Of a stretch of 64,000 nt of DNA, positions 45,295-55,239 are shown one piece after another. The translations under genes and the position numbers were made by a program. The notes under the pieces are model-generated. The model did no database searches. It saw nothing but the letters and a program-made list of their open reading frames with translations, and was not told the origin of the DNA. Numbering within the stretch: position 1 is the first letter of the stretch; each line of letters opens with the position of its first letter. The stretch spans positions 1,760,001-1,824,000 of the forward strand of contig OY970399.1 of NCBI GenBank assembly GCA_963720545.1. Reading direction: 5' to 3'. The DNA comes from an uncultured Acidobacteriota bacterium. GTDB lineage: Bacteria > Acidobacteriota > Vicinamibacteria > Fen-336.

Positions 45295-47895
45295 ATGCTC
45301 GGCCTCTGGCACCGGCTGCTGCTCCACCTCTACCCCGCCTCGTTCCGCCACGACTATGCGCAGGAGATGTCGTGGGACTTCGCGCGGCGACGCGCGCAGG
45401 CACGCGGCCCGCTGGCGCTTGCGCTCCTGCTGTTCGGCACCTCGGCCGAGACCGTTGGCCATGCCGCCGCCGCACACTGGGACCTGCTGCGCCAGGACCT
45501 GCGCTATGCCGTGCGCGGCCTGCGGCGCGCGCCGGCCTTCGCGGTCACCGCCATGCTGATGGTGGCGCTCGGCGTCGGCGCCAACACCGCCGCTTTCACC
45601 GTCGCCGACTACGTGCTGCTGCGGCCGTTGCCGTTCCGCGAGCCGGAACGGCTCGTCAAGATCTGGCAGACCCAACCCGGGTACAGCCGCACCGAAGCGT
45701 CGGCCGTGAACTTCCGCGACTGGCAGCAGCAATCGCTCTCATTCGAGTCGCTCGGCATCTTCACCGAAATGTCGCGCAACGTCACCGGGCTGGGCGAACC
45801 GCAGCGCCTCGCGGGCGCGCTGGTCAGCGCATCGCTGCTGCCGACGCTGGGCGTGGCGCCGCTCCTCGGCCGCGGGTTCGGCAGCGACGACGACGCCGCG
45901 GGTGCTTTGGGCACCGTGATCCTGAGCCATGCCCTCTGGCAGGGTGCTTTCGGCGGCGAAGCTGCGGTGCTCGGCCGCACGATCCACCTCGACGACGAAC
46001 CGTTCACCGTCATCGGCGTGATGCCGGAGAGCTTCCAGTTCCCGCGCCGCGAGTCGCAGTTCTGGACGACCTTTCGCTTCCCGCCCGATGCCTACGAGGA
46101 TCGCAACGACAACTGGCTGCAGACGGTCGGGCGGCTCAAGCCCGGCGCAACGCTTGCAAGCGCCCGCGCCGACATGGACGTGGTGGCGGCGAACCAGCGC
46201 CGGCAGTTCCCGGCCGAGCTGGGCGAGAGCGGCATCGCGGTGATCGCGATGCGCGACGAGCTGCCGCGCCAGTCGCGGCTGCTGCTGGTGGCGCTCTGCG
46301 GTGCCTCGCTGTGCGTGCTGCTCATCGCCTGCGCCAACCTCGCGAGCCTGCTGCTCGGCCGCGGCCTGGCGCGCGCGCACGAACTCGCGGTGCGCGCCGC
46401 CATCGGCGCCGGCCGCGAGCGCATCGTGCGCCAGCTCGCCACCGAAGGCCTGCTGCTCGGCGCTCTCGGCGGCGTGCTCGGTGTCGCGTTCGCATGGGGT
46501 GCGGTGCCGCTGCTCGCGCGCCTCGTGCCCGCTGCCCTGCCGATGGCCGGCGGGCCGGCGATCGACCTGCGCGTGCTCGGCTTCGCGGTGGTGCTGACCG
46601 CGCTCACCGGGCTCGCCTTCAGCCTGGTGCCGGCGCTGCGCGCCACCGGCAAGGCGTCGGCGGCGGGGCTGCGCGAGGGCGAACGCTCGGGCGGCGGCTC
46701 GGGCAAGGAGCGGCTGCGCTCGGCGCTGGTGGTCATCGAGATCACGGCGTCGGTGGTGCTGCTCGCCTCGGCGAGCCTGCTGATCCGCGCCCTGTGGACG
46801 GTGCAGGCGCGCGACCCGGGCTTCAATGCCGACAACGTCCTCACCATGACCACCGCGCTGCCGTGGCCGAAGTACCAGACAACGGCCGCCCGACAGGTGT
46901 TCTACGAGCGGGTCCTCGGTGAAACGCGAGGTCTGCCCGGGGTGACCGCGGCGGCCTACATCTCGCACCTGCCGATGGTGGCGCGCGGTGGCATCTGGCC
47001 GGTGCTGGTGCCGGGCGAGCCCGAAGCGGCGGCCGCGGAGCGACCCAAGGCGAGCCTGCGCTTCCTGACGCCGGGCTTCTTCGCGTCGCTGCAAATCCCC
47101 ATCCTGCGCGGCCGCGACGTGAATGCCGGCGACACCGCACACGCGCTGTTCGTAGCGATCGTCAGCGAATCGTTCGGCGCGCAGCACTGGCCAGGACAGG
47201 ACCCGATTGGCCGGCGCTTCAAGATGGCACTCAGCGACCGCACCATCGTCGGCGTGGTGAGGGACATCCGCGTGCGCGGCCTCGAAGGCAGCAGCGAGCC
47301 GCAGGTCTACGTGCCGGCGCCGCAGGTCGCGGACGGCTCGCTCATCGGTTACGTGCCGAAGAACCTGGTGGTGCGCACCAGCGTGCCGCCAACAGGGCTC
47401 GCGCCGGCGATCGGCGCGATCGTACGCGGCGCCGACCCGCAGCAGCCGGTCTCCGAAGTGCGCACGCTGCGCGACATCGTGTCTTCGGAAACCGCATCGC
47501 GCGCGGTGCAGGCGCGCGTCATCGCCGCGTTCGCCCTGGTCGCGGTGCTGCTCGCCGCCATCGGCATCCACGGCCTGCTGACGCTGGCGGTGTCGCAGCG
47601 GGCGCGCGAGTTCGGTGTGCGCGTCGCCTTCGGCGCGCAGCCGCGCGACATCGTCGCCATGGTTTCGCGCCAGAGCCTGCGCCTGGCGCTTCTCGGCGTG
47701 GTGCCCGGCGTCGCCGCGGCCTACGCGGTCGCGCGCGGCTTCGAGGGCCTGTTGGCGGGCATCAAGCCGGCCGATCCGGCGACGCTCGCGGCGATAGCCG
47801 CGTTCGCCGTGGTGATGACGCTAGCCGGCAGCATCGCGCCGGCGCGGCGTGCCGTGCGCATCGACCCCATCCAGGCCATCCGGCCCGAACGCTAG
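45295..47895 (+). CDS. ADOP-type duplicated ABC (MacB/FtsX) orphan permease
   Basis: QDLRYAVRGL, ALGVGANTA, LLIACANLA, ELAVRAAIGA, second FtsX half REFGVRVAFGA; no adjacent ATPase; downstream of PadR. Confidence 0.9.
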   Translation: MLGLWHRLLLHLYPASFRHDYAQEMSWDFARRRAQARGPLALALLLFGTSAETVGHAAAAHWDLLRQDLRYAVRGLRRAPAFAVTAMLMVALGVGANTAAFTVADYVLLRPLPFREPERLVKIWQTQPGYSRTEASAVNFRDWQQQSLSFESLGIFTEMSRNVTGLGEPQRLAGALVSASLLPTLGVAPLLGRGFGSDDDAAGALGTVILSHALWQGAFGGEAAVLGRTIHLDDEPFTVIGVMPESFQFPRRESQFWTTFRFPPDAYEDRNDNWLQTVGRLKPGATLASARADMDVVAANQRRQFPAELGESGIAVIAMRDELPRQSRLLLVALCGASLCVLLIACANLASLLLGRGLARAHELAVRAAIGAGRERIVRQLATEGLLLGALGGVLGVAFAWGAVPLLARLVPAALPMAGGPAIDLRVLGFAVVLTALTGLAFSLVPALRATGKASAAGLREGERSGGGSGKERLRSALVVIEITASVVLLASASLLIRALWTVQARDPGFNADNVLTMTTALPWPKYQTTAARQVFYERVLGETRGLPGVTAAAYISHLPMVARGGIWPVLVPGEPEAAAAERPKASLRFLTPGFFASLQIPILRGRDVNAGDTAHALFVAIVSESFGAQHWPGQDPIGRRFKMALSDRTIVGVVRDIRVRGLEGSSEPQVYVPAPQVADGSLIGYVPKNLVVRTSVPPTGLAPAIGAIVRGADPQQPVSEVRTLRDIVSSETASRAVQARVIAAFALVAVLLAAIGIHGLLTLAVSQRAREFGVRVAFGAQPRDIVAMVSRQSLRLALLGVVPGVAAAYAVARGFEGLLAGIKPADPATLAAIAAFAVVMTLAGSIAPARRAVRIDPIQAIRPER

Positions 47896-47902
47896 CGCGG
47901 CG

Positions 47903-49252
47903 TCAGAAGGCGGCGACGTCCTTCAGCAAGGTCTCGACCTTGGCGGGGTCGAGCTCGAGGATCGACTGGTCGCCCGGCCGGCGCGCATACGCCTTGCCGC
48001 CCGCCTTGCCGATCTCGAACCAGGTGGCGCCCTTGCCTTCGGTGCGATGCACGGTGACACGCAAGGCCGGCTGGTCGAGGCCGTAGGCCGCGTCCTTGCC
48101 GGGCTGGTCGATGAATCCGGTGGCTTCGACGCCGCCCATCGCGAAGAGACCGTCCTGGACGCGCTTCCAGGAGTCGGCGGCGGCGCCCGCGGCGCCGTCC
48201 GCGGGTTTTACGTGATGCGAGGTGGTGGCGCCCATGGCGATGTCGACGGACTCGACCTCGTAGGCGGCGACGTCGAGGAGGCGCTTCGCGCGCAACTCGG
48301 TCAGGCCCTTGCCGAGGTCTTCGGCCACCACCTTCGGGATCACCGCCACGATGCGCGTGTCGGTGTTGCGCGCGAAGTGCTTGCCGTCGTCGCTCGCCTT
48401 GCCGATGTCGAGCGTGCGCTTTGCGCCGTCTTTCAGCTGCAGGGTGAGCGTGCGTTCCGGCTTCGCGAGACCATAGGCTGCGAGGTTGCTGACGTTTTCG
48501 GCTGCCACCTTATCCATGCGCAGGCTCTCGAGCGTGCCCAGCAGGCTGTCCACCGACCAGCGCGCGGCCGCCGCGCGGAAGGGGCTGGTGAAGACCCAGT
48601 CGCCGCCGCCCTCGCCGTCACCCTGGCCAGCGCGTGCCACTTCGTAGGTTCCCTCGGGCCCGCGGAACGCGATCGACTTCACGTCGTCGCGCGCCACGTG
48701 CAGCACGTTGCGGTCGCGCAGGTCGAAGGCGGTCTTCGCGAAGGTGGCGTCGTAGGTCGAAGGCAGCGTGAAGACGCGGCGCGTGCCGGCGATGCGCGCA
48801 TAGGTGCCGGCGTCGGCGGGCGCCTTGTCGCCCAGTTCGAGGGCCAGGGTGGCAGCGCTTTCCTGCTCGAATACCGCAGTTCCGCGGGGCGGCTCGAGCC
48901 CGTAGGCGGCAGCCGAAGGCGCATCGGCGTTGGCGACGGCGCCGAGCTCCAGGCTTTCCACCGACATCAGCAGCGACTGCACCTCGTTGTCGTCGGCCGC
49001 GGCCACGAGCGGCCGGGTGAGACGCCACGCGCCCTTTTCCTTCACCAGCGCGACCTCTTCGCCGCCTTGCTGCGAGAGCGTGATGGCCTTCACCTTCGAC
49101 TTGTCGAAGCCGGCGAAGACCTTTTCGGCCGGCTTCGCCGCATCGGCGGCCGGCGTCTCCGGCTTCTTGCGCTCCACGAACCACAGGTAGCCGCCGACGA
49201 GCGCCGCCAGCAGCAGGACGATGCCGGTGCGCGCGAAGGGGTTCCTGCTCAT
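47903..49252 (-). CDS. DUF4340-domain protein
   Basis: N-terminal TM; repeated YGLEPP/YGLAKP/YGLDQP and DLRDR motifs; last gene of the Gld-like ABC operon. Confidence 0.8.
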   Translation of the reverse strand: MSRNPFARTGIVLLLAALVGGYLWFVERKKPETPAADAAKPAEKVFAGFDKSKVKAITLSQQGGEEVALVKEKGAWRLTRPLVAAADDNEVQSLLMSVESLELGAVANADAPSAAAYGLEPPRGTAVFEQESAATLALELGDKAPADAGTYARIAGTRRVFTLPSTYDATFAKTAFDLRDRNVLHVARDDVKSIAFRGPEGTYEVARAGQGDGEGGGDWVFTSPFRAAAARWSVDSLLGTLESLRMDKVAAENVSNLAAYGLAKPERTLTLQLKDGAKRTLDIGKASDDGKHFARNTDTRIVAVIPKVVAEDLGKGLTELRAKRLLDVAAYEVESVDIAMGATTSHHVKPADGAAGAAADSWKRVQDGLFAMGGVEATGFIDQPGKDAAYGLDQPALRVTVHRTEGKGATWFEIGKAGGKAYARRPGDQSILELDPAKVETLLKDVAAF

Positions 49253-49271
49253 GCCGGGGCGGCCTCGTGCG

Positions 49272-50861
49272 TCAGCTGCGCCGACGCCACCACGTCCAGA
49301 TGCCGGCCAGCAGGCACAGGCCCGGCAGCAGCACCAGCGCGGTGCCGTAGACGAGGCGCCCCTGGTTGTCGGTCAGGAACAGCCGCTGGTCGTCGGGGTC
49401 GCGCGGGCGGATCGAGATGAGGTCGGTGTCCTCGGACAGCCAGGCGATGGTGTTGAGCGTGAAGTCGGAGTTGCCGTCGGCGCCGAGGCCGGCGTTCGTC
49501 GCAAAGTCGGAGTCGCCGAACACCGCGACACGGCCCTCCTTCTTGCGCGGCTCCTCGCCCCCTGGCGGCGTGGTGGGCGCGGGTGAAGGCTGCGCCACGT
49601 CGATGCGCGCGGTGGCCGCGAGCGTTATGGGCCCCTTCTTGTCGGTCTTCTCGTCGAGGCTCGGATTGCCGAGGCTCTTGAGGTCGCTCTCGGCCCACGA
49701 GCCCTGCGAGCTCGAAAGCAACGGTTCGACACGGGTGCCGGGCGGCGCGGTCGCCGCCGGCGTGATGCTGCGCACCGTCTGCAGCCGCACCGGGAACAGG
49801 AAGTCGCGAGTGATCTCGTGCAGCGGGTACTGCTGGATGACGATGCGCTCGTCGGGCGTCACCGCGATGCCTTCGGCAGTGAGCCGCGCGTATACCTCCA
49901 CCACGGTGTCGTGCGCGGTCTCGATGCCCCAGCGCGCGAGCAGCGCCGCCATCTTCGGCATCGCGGCGCGCAGTTCGGGTTCGATCATCACCAGCGCCTT
50001 GCCGCCATGCGCGACGAAAGCGGCGATGCCGTCGATCACCGGATCCTCGAGGTCCTGCTGCGGGCCACCGATGACCAGCACCGAGCAGCGCTCGGGGACG
50101 CTGCTCTCGCGCAGCAGCGACACCTGCTCGCTCTCGTACTGGTTCTTCTCGAGGGCGGCGCGCAGCGCGGAGAAGCCACCCGCCTGCATCTCCTCGAGGC
50201 TGTGTTCGCCTTCGCCGGCGAGGAAGCAGACCTTCGTCTTCTTCTCGCGGGTCAGCTTGATGAGGGCGTTCGTCACGTCCTGCTCGGAGAGCGCGCCGCT
50301 TTGCACCTTCTCGGTGCGCGTGCCCTGTTGCACCACCAGCGTCGGCACCGCCTTGAGGTCGAACTCGCGTGCCCGCGCCGGATCCTTCAGCGCATCGGCG
50401 TACTCCACCTTGACCTTCGCCGAGGCCGCGTCGTACTCGTGCAGCCGGTCCTGCGCCTCCTTGGTGGCGGCCGCGTCGCGCTCGTTCGCGAAGTAGATGA
50501 AGCGCACGTCTTCCTTGAGCCCGCCCAGCACCTTGCGGCTCTGGTCGGAGAGGCCGAAGCGCTGGTTCTTCGTCAGGTCCCAGCGCTTGCTGTGGCGCGC
50601 CACGAAGTAGTTGGCGCCCACCAGGATCGCGAGCACCGCGAGCACCATGACGATGCTGTTGCCGCCGTACTTCACCTGCCGCCGGCCCAGCGACGCGCGG
50701 ATCGCGTCGAAGCGCAGGATGACGTGCAGCACGATGAGAAACGCACCGGCCGCGAGGTAGTACGCGGGCCGGCCGGGCAGCGTACGGCCAAGGGCGCCGA
50801 AGAGCTGCGCGGCCGCGATCACCAGCAGGCCAAGCGGCCCGAGCAGGTCGACGAGGTTCAC
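49272..50861 (-). CDS. GldG-like ABC transporter auxiliary protein
   Basis: RWDLTKNQRFGLS, GEGEH, VAVFGDSDF, NTIAWL..ISIRPR, C-terminal TM; GTGA overlap. Confidence 0.85.
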   Translation of the reverse strand: MNLVDLLGPLGLLVIAAAQLFGALGRTLPGRPAYYLAAGAFLIVLHVILRFDAIRASLGRRQVKYGGNSIVMVLAVLAILVGANYFVARHSKRWDLTKNQRFGLSDQSRKVLGGLKEDVRFIYFANERDAAATKEAQDRLHEYDAASAKVKVEYADALKDPARAREFDLKAVPTLVVQQGTRTEKVQSGALSEQDVTNALIKLTREKKTKVCFLAGEGEHSLEEMQAGGFSALRAALEKNQYESEQVSLLRESSVPERCSVLVIGGPQQDLEDPVIDGIAAFVAHGGKALVMIEPELRAAMPKMAALLARWGIETAHDTVVEVYARLTAEGIAVTPDERIVIQQYPLHEITRDFLFPVRLQTVRSITPAATAPPGTRVEPLLSSSQGSWAESDLKSLGNPSLDEKTDKKGPITLAATARIDVAQPSPAPTTPPGGEEPRKKEGRVAVFGDSDFATNAGLGADGNSDFTLNTIAWLSEDTDLISIRPRDPDDQRLFLTDNQGRLVYGTALVLLPGLCLLAGIWTWWRRRS

Positions 50862-51640
50862 GCGCGCCACCGCTGGCTCTCCAGCGACTGCTGGGTGAGG
50901 AACAGCGAGAAGCCGATGAAGCTCGCGAAGAACACCAGGTCCTTGAGGTCGATCACGCCCTTCATCAGGTCCTCGATGCGCCCCATCGGTGCGATCTGGG
51001 CGAAGCCGCGCAGCAGCGGGGGTGCCGTGGGCATGTCGAGCCACTGCAGGATCAGCAGCAGCAGCAGCGCCGCGAAGGTGAGGACGGCGGCCACGATCTG
51101 GTTCTTGGTCACGGTCGAGAGGAACAGGCCCAGCGCGATGAAGGCGCCGCACAGGAGCCACAGGCCGAGGAACGCGGCGGCGAGCGGCCGCCATTCGGGC
51201 GGGTTGCTCGCGAAGCGGAAGAGCCAGGCGAAGTTGAGGAACGCGAGCGAGATCATCAGCAGGAAGAACGCCCACGCGCCAGCAAACTTGCCGAGGACGA
51301 TCTGCCAGTCGGTGATCGGCGCGGTGGACAACAGCTCGATCGTGCCCTGGCGCTTCTCCTCGGCGATGAGCCGCATGGTGAGCATCGGCGTCATGAACAA
51401 GGCGACGGTGGCCATGTTGCCGAGCAGCTGGCGGAAGATGATGTCGTTGATCGACATGCGCTGGCCGTATTGCATCGCCTGCGGGTCGGCGGACATCGTC
51501 ACGAACCATTGCAGGATGACGCTGAAGAAGCCACCGAACACCAGCAGCCAGGCGACCATCGTGACGTAGGCGATGGGGCTGCTGAAATAGTGGCGCCACT
51601 CCTTCGCGACGATGGCGCCGATGTTGCGCAGCGACGTCAT
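50858..51640 (-). CDS. GldF-like ABC-2 permease
   Basis: KEWRHYFSSPIAY, TMRLIAEEKRQGTIELL, TKNQIVAA. Confidence 0.9.
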   Translation of the reverse strand: MTSLRNIGAIVAKEWRHYFSSPIAYVTMVAWLLVFGGFFSVILQWFVTMSADPQAMQYGQRMSINDIIFRQLLGNMATVALFMTPMLTMRLIAEEKRQGTIELLSTAPITDWQIVLGKFAGAWAFFLLMISLAFLNFAWLFRFASNPPEWRPLAAAFLGLWLLCGAFIALGLFLSTVTKNQIVAAVLTFAALLLLLILQWLDMPTAPPLLRGFAQIAPMGRIEDLMKGVIDLKDLVFFASFIGFSLFLTQQSLESQRWRA

Positions 51641-52605
51641 GCGGTCACGACCCCCTCCTGGGTTACCGAAACATCTTCGGTGGTGAGCTGCAGGAAGACG
51701 TCCTCGAGGCTCAGGCCCGACTGCGACAGCGAGACCAGGTCGAAGCCCGCGCCGACCACCGCACGCGCCACGTCGGGCCGGATGTCGCGGCCACCCTCGG
51801 CCTCGACGTCGAACGACGAGTAGCCGGCAGCGCCGGTGGTGGGCCGCAGGTTGGCAATGCCGGGCACGCCGCGCAGGGCCTCGAACACCGACGCGGTGCT
51901 GCCGCCGCGGATCTCGAGGCGCACCGGCCGCGAGCCCTTGAGGCGATGCGCGAGGTTGTCGGGCGTGTCCTCGGCGACCACGCGCCCCTTGTTGATGATG
52001 AGCACGCGGCTGCAGGTGACGGCGACCTCGGGCAGGATGTGGGTGGACAGGACCACGGTGTGGTCGCTGCCCAGGCCGCGGATGAGTTCGCGGATCTCGG
52101 TGATCTGCTTCGGGTCGAGGCCGGCCGTCGGCTCGTCGAGGATCAGCACCGGCGGCGTGCCGAGGATGGCCTGCGCGATGCCGACGCGCTGGCGGTAGCC
52201 CTTCGAGAGGCGCGCGATGAGCTTGTCGCGCACGTCGCCAATCTGCGCCTTCTCCACCGCCTCGTCGATCTCGTGCTGGCGTGCCGCCTTGTCGATGCCC
52301 TTGATGCGCGCGCAGAACTGGAGGAAGGAGGCGACGTCCATGTCGGGATAGAGAGGCGGCGTCTCGGGGGCGTAGCCGACCCGCTTCTTCACCGCCATCG
52401 CGTCCTGGAAGACGTCGAAGCCCGCGACCCTCGCCATCCCCTCGGTGGGCGGCAGGTAGCCGGCCAGGATGCGCATGGTGGTGGTCTTGCCGGCGCCGTT
52501 CGGGCCCAGGAAGCCCAGGACCTCGCCCTTTTCAACCCGAAAACTGATGCCGTCGACCGCTGTCTGGCGCCCGTACCGCTTGGTCAGCTTCTCGACTTCG
52601 ATCAT
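51637..52605 (-). CDS. ABC transporter ATP-binding protein (GldA-like)
   Basis: GPNGAGKTT, LSKGYRQRV, ILDEPT, STHIL, SLEDVF; ATG at 52605. Confidence 0.93.
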   Translation of the reverse strand: MIEVEKLTKRYGRQTAVDGISFRVEKGEVLGFLGPNGAGKTTTMRILAGYLPPTEGMARVAGFDVFQDAMAVKKRVGYAPETPPLYPDMDVASFLQFCARIKGIDKAARQHEIDEAVEKAQIGDVRDKLIARLSKGYRQRVGIAQAILGTPPVLILDEPTAGLDPKQITEIRELIRGLGSDHTVVLSTHILPEVAVTCSRVLIINKGRVVAEDTPDNLAHRLKGSRPVRLEIRGGSTASVFEALRGVPGIANLRPTTGAAGYSSFDVEAEGGRDIRPDVARAVVGAGFDLVSLSQSGLSLEDVFLQLTTEDVSVTQEGVVTA

Positions 52606-52634
52606 TCGTGCCGATGATGATAACCAAGCGGCCG

Positions 52635-52680
52635 TGTCAAGTGTTGTCAAGTTCGAAGGGCCCTGAAGAAGGCTTATAGT
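52635..52680 (+). promoter_or_regulatory. Candidate ku promoter TTCGAA-17-TATAGT (52652-52680), preceded by a tandem TGTCAAGT repeat (52635, 52645)
   Basis: Similarity to the consensus, spacing and position. Confidence 0.5.
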
Positions 52681-52699
52681 CGAGACGAGCGAGGGAAGA

Positions 52700-53602
52700 A
52701 TGTCTGCCAGGTCCATAGGCACCGGTACCGTTTCGTTCGGCATGGTCTCGATCCCGATCAAGCTGTACTCGGCCTCGGAGTCGAAGGCGGCGGTCGGATT
52801 CAACCTCCTGCACGACAAGTGCAAGACGCGGCTGAAGCAGCAGTACGTCTGCCCCACCGACAACGAGATCGTCGGCCGCGATCACATGGTCAAGGGCTAC
52901 GAGTTCCAGAAGGACCAGTACGTCTCGTTCACCGAGGACGAGATCAAGGCGATGGCCGAGGAGTCGCAGCGCGCCATCGAGATCACCGAGTTCGTGCCGG
53001 CGAAGGAAGTGGACCCGATCTATTTCGACGGCGGCTACTACCTCGGCCCGGACAAGGGCGGGGAGCGCGCCTACAAGCTGCTCGGCCAGGCGATGAAGGA
53101 AACCGGGCGCATCGCGCTCGCCAAGTGGGCGGCGCGCGGCAAGATGTACCTGGTGCTCATCCGCCCGTACGAGAACGGCCTGATCATGCAGCAGCTGCTC
53201 TACCCGGACGAGATCAAGAAGTTCGACGAAGTGCCGGTGGGCGACGCCGACATCAAGGAAAGCGAGCTGAAGCTCGCGACCCAGCTCATCGGCCAGATCG
53301 CAAGCGACGACTTCAAGCCCGAGCAGTACGAGGACGAAGTGAAGCGCCGCTACCTCGCGGCAATCCAGCGCAAGGTCGAGGGCCAGGAGATCACGACCGT
53401 GGCGCACGCCGAACCGCGCGCGCAGGTCATCGACCTCATGGAGGCCCTGAAGCAGAGCCTCGCCGGCAAGGGCAAAGCCGGCGCCGAGAGCGAATCGGTC
53501 GCCGACTCACCGCGCAAGGCGCCGAAGCCGGCCCCGCGCAGCAGCGAAGCCAAGCCGGCCAAGTCCGGCCTGCGCGCCGTGGGCGGCAAAGGCCGCGGCT
53601 AG
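52700..53602 (+). CDS. ku: Non-homologous end-joining protein Ku
   Basis: GTVSFGMVSIPIKLY, MVKGYE, EFVP, YYLGP, AYKLL, VIDLMEALKQS, basic C-terminal tail. Confidence 0.95.
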   Translation: MSARSIGTGTVSFGMVSIPIKLYSASESKAAVGFNLLHDKCKTRLKQQYVCPTDNEIVGRDHMVKGYEFQKDQYVSFTEDEIKAMAEESQRAIEITEFVPAKEVDPIYFDGGYYLGPDKGGERAYKLLGQAMKETGRIALAKWAARGKMYLVLIRPYENGLIMQQLLYPDEIKKFDEVPVGDADIKESELKLATQLIGQIASDDFKPEQYEDEVKRRYLAAIQRKVEGQEITTVAHAEPRAQVIDLMEALKQSLAGKGKAGAESESVADSPRKAPKPAPRSSEAKPAKSGLRAVGGKGRG

Positions 53603-55239
53603 AGGTCCACGACTCGCAGCGCGCTGGCGGGGCCTTTCCACGCCTTCCTGAATGACGGCTCCAGGAGCGCTGCTTCGCTGGCGCGGTCCTGGGCGCGCAG
53701 CGACTCGATCAGGCCGAACAGCGAACGCGGGCTGCGCGGGTTGCGGTCGAGGTCCTCGCGGAACACCTTCTCCGCCTCCTTCGGCTTGCCCTGGCGCAGC
53801 AGCGCCCCGCCGAGCGACTCGCGCACCGGGTAGTACCACGGCGGCGGCTCGTCGTAGTTGAGGGCGTCCTGGGCGGCGATCGCGCGGCCCCAGGCGTCGA
53901 GCGCGCGCTTGCCGTCGCCGTCGGCTTCGGTGAAGCGCGCCTCGAGCACCAGCGCGCCGACGTTCGTCACCGCGGCTGCGGTGTTGAGGCCGAAGGGAAC
54001 GTCGCCGGCAATGCGCTTGCGGGTCTCGTCGAACAGGGCTCGCTCCTCATCGGCGCGCTTGCGGTCCTTGCCGTGCAGGTACGCGAGCGCCCGTCCGTAG
54101 TGATGGAAGCTGGTGTCGGCAAGGTGCGCCGGGTCGGGCTTCTTCTCGGCGAGCACCGCCGCGAACTTGTGGTTGCGCAGCATCACGAACATCGGCACCG
54201 GCAGGAAGCCCTCGACCATCGGCATCTCGGCGATGCTGGCGCTGGCATTGCGCGCGAGCTGGCGCGCGCCGGCGAGCGCCTTCACGTAGCTGCCCGCCTC
54301 CGAGTAGCCGACGGCGATGAAGTGCAGGTTGTGGCTGTAGTACATCGCCGGATACATGCCCTTGCGCACGCCCGAGGCCTGCATGTAGTTGCGGTCGGCG
54401 AGCGCCGCTGTTTCGTTGATGCGCGCTGCGCCCTCGGGGTCGCCGACCCGCATGTAGATATGCCCGGGCATGTGCACGAGGTGGCCACCGCCGGGCACCA
54501 TGGTCTCGAGCCGCTTCGCTGCCGCGAGCGCACGCTCCGGGTTCTGCGACGCCTCGATCGAATGGATGTAGAGATGATTGGCGCCGACGTGGTCGGGGTG
54601 CTGCTTCAGCACGGCTTCCAGCACCGACACCAATTTCTCGGTGCCGTCCGCGGGCTTGCCGTCCCGGCTCCAGAGCTGCCACGGCTTCAGGATCATCAGG
54701 CTCTCGGCGTAGAGCGTGCCGGCGTCGGCATCGTCGGGGAAGCGTTCGAAGAGCCGGCCCATCGCTTCCGAATAGCCCGCCCAGAGCTTCGGCCAGTCGG
54801 CTTTCGGGTCGGGCGAGAAGCGCTTCTCCAGCGCGGCGATGAACGCCTGCTCGCGCTCGCTGGCACCCCCGGCCAGGGACTTCGCCCTCTCGATCGCCTC
54901 CCAGGTGGCCTTCGCGCGCTCCTCGCTCACGGCCGTGTCGTTGTAGTTGGGGCCGATGGCTAGCGCCAGCCCCCAGAGCGGCATCGCCGCGCGCGGATCG
55001 AGCCGCGCCGCCTCGCGGAAGGAGCGCGCGGCCTCGTCGTGATTGAAGCCGTAGACGAGCGTCATCCCCTGGTCGAAGAACTTCTGGGCGCGCGGGCTCG
55101 CGGTGGTGATGGGGAAATGCAGCGACCCCATCCCGGGTAGCAGCACCGCGCTCGCCGCCGGCGCCGCGGCGGAGTGGGCGTGCTGTGCCGCAGCGGGCAG
55201 GGGTGCCAGGACCAGGACGGCGACGAGCGGAATGCGCAT
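53599..55239 (-). CDS. Exported TPR-like alpha-helical protein
   Basis: Signal peptide; FFDQG..YGFNHDEA, GPNYN, HLYIHSIE, HLVHMPGHIY, YDEPPPWYYP; GGAG RBS. Confidence 0.82.
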   Translation of the reverse strand: MRIPLVAVLVLAPLPAAAQHAHSAAAPAASAVLLPGMGSLHFPITTASPRAQKFFDQGMTLVYGFNHDEAARSFREAARLDPRAAMPLWGLALAIGPNYNDTAVSEERAKATWEAIERAKSLAGGASEREQAFIAALEKRFSPDPKADWPKLWAGYSEAMGRLFERFPDDADAGTLYAESLMILKPWQLWSRDGKPADGTEKLVSVLEAVLKQHPDHVGANHLYIHSIEASQNPERALAAAKRLETMVPGGGHLVHMPGHIYMRVGDPEGAARINETAALADRNYMQASGVRKGMYPAMYYSHNLHFIAVGYSEAGSYVKALAGARQLARNASASIAEMPMVEGFLPVPMFVMLRNHKFAAVLAEKKPDPAHLADTSFHHYGRALAYLHGKDRKRADEERALFDETRKRIAGDVPFGLNTAAAVTNVGALVLEARFTEADGDGKRALDAWGRAIAAQDALNYDEPPPWYYPVRESLGGALLRQGKPKEAEKVFREDLDRNPRSPRSLFGLIESLRAQDRASEAALLEPSFRKAWKGPASALRVVDL

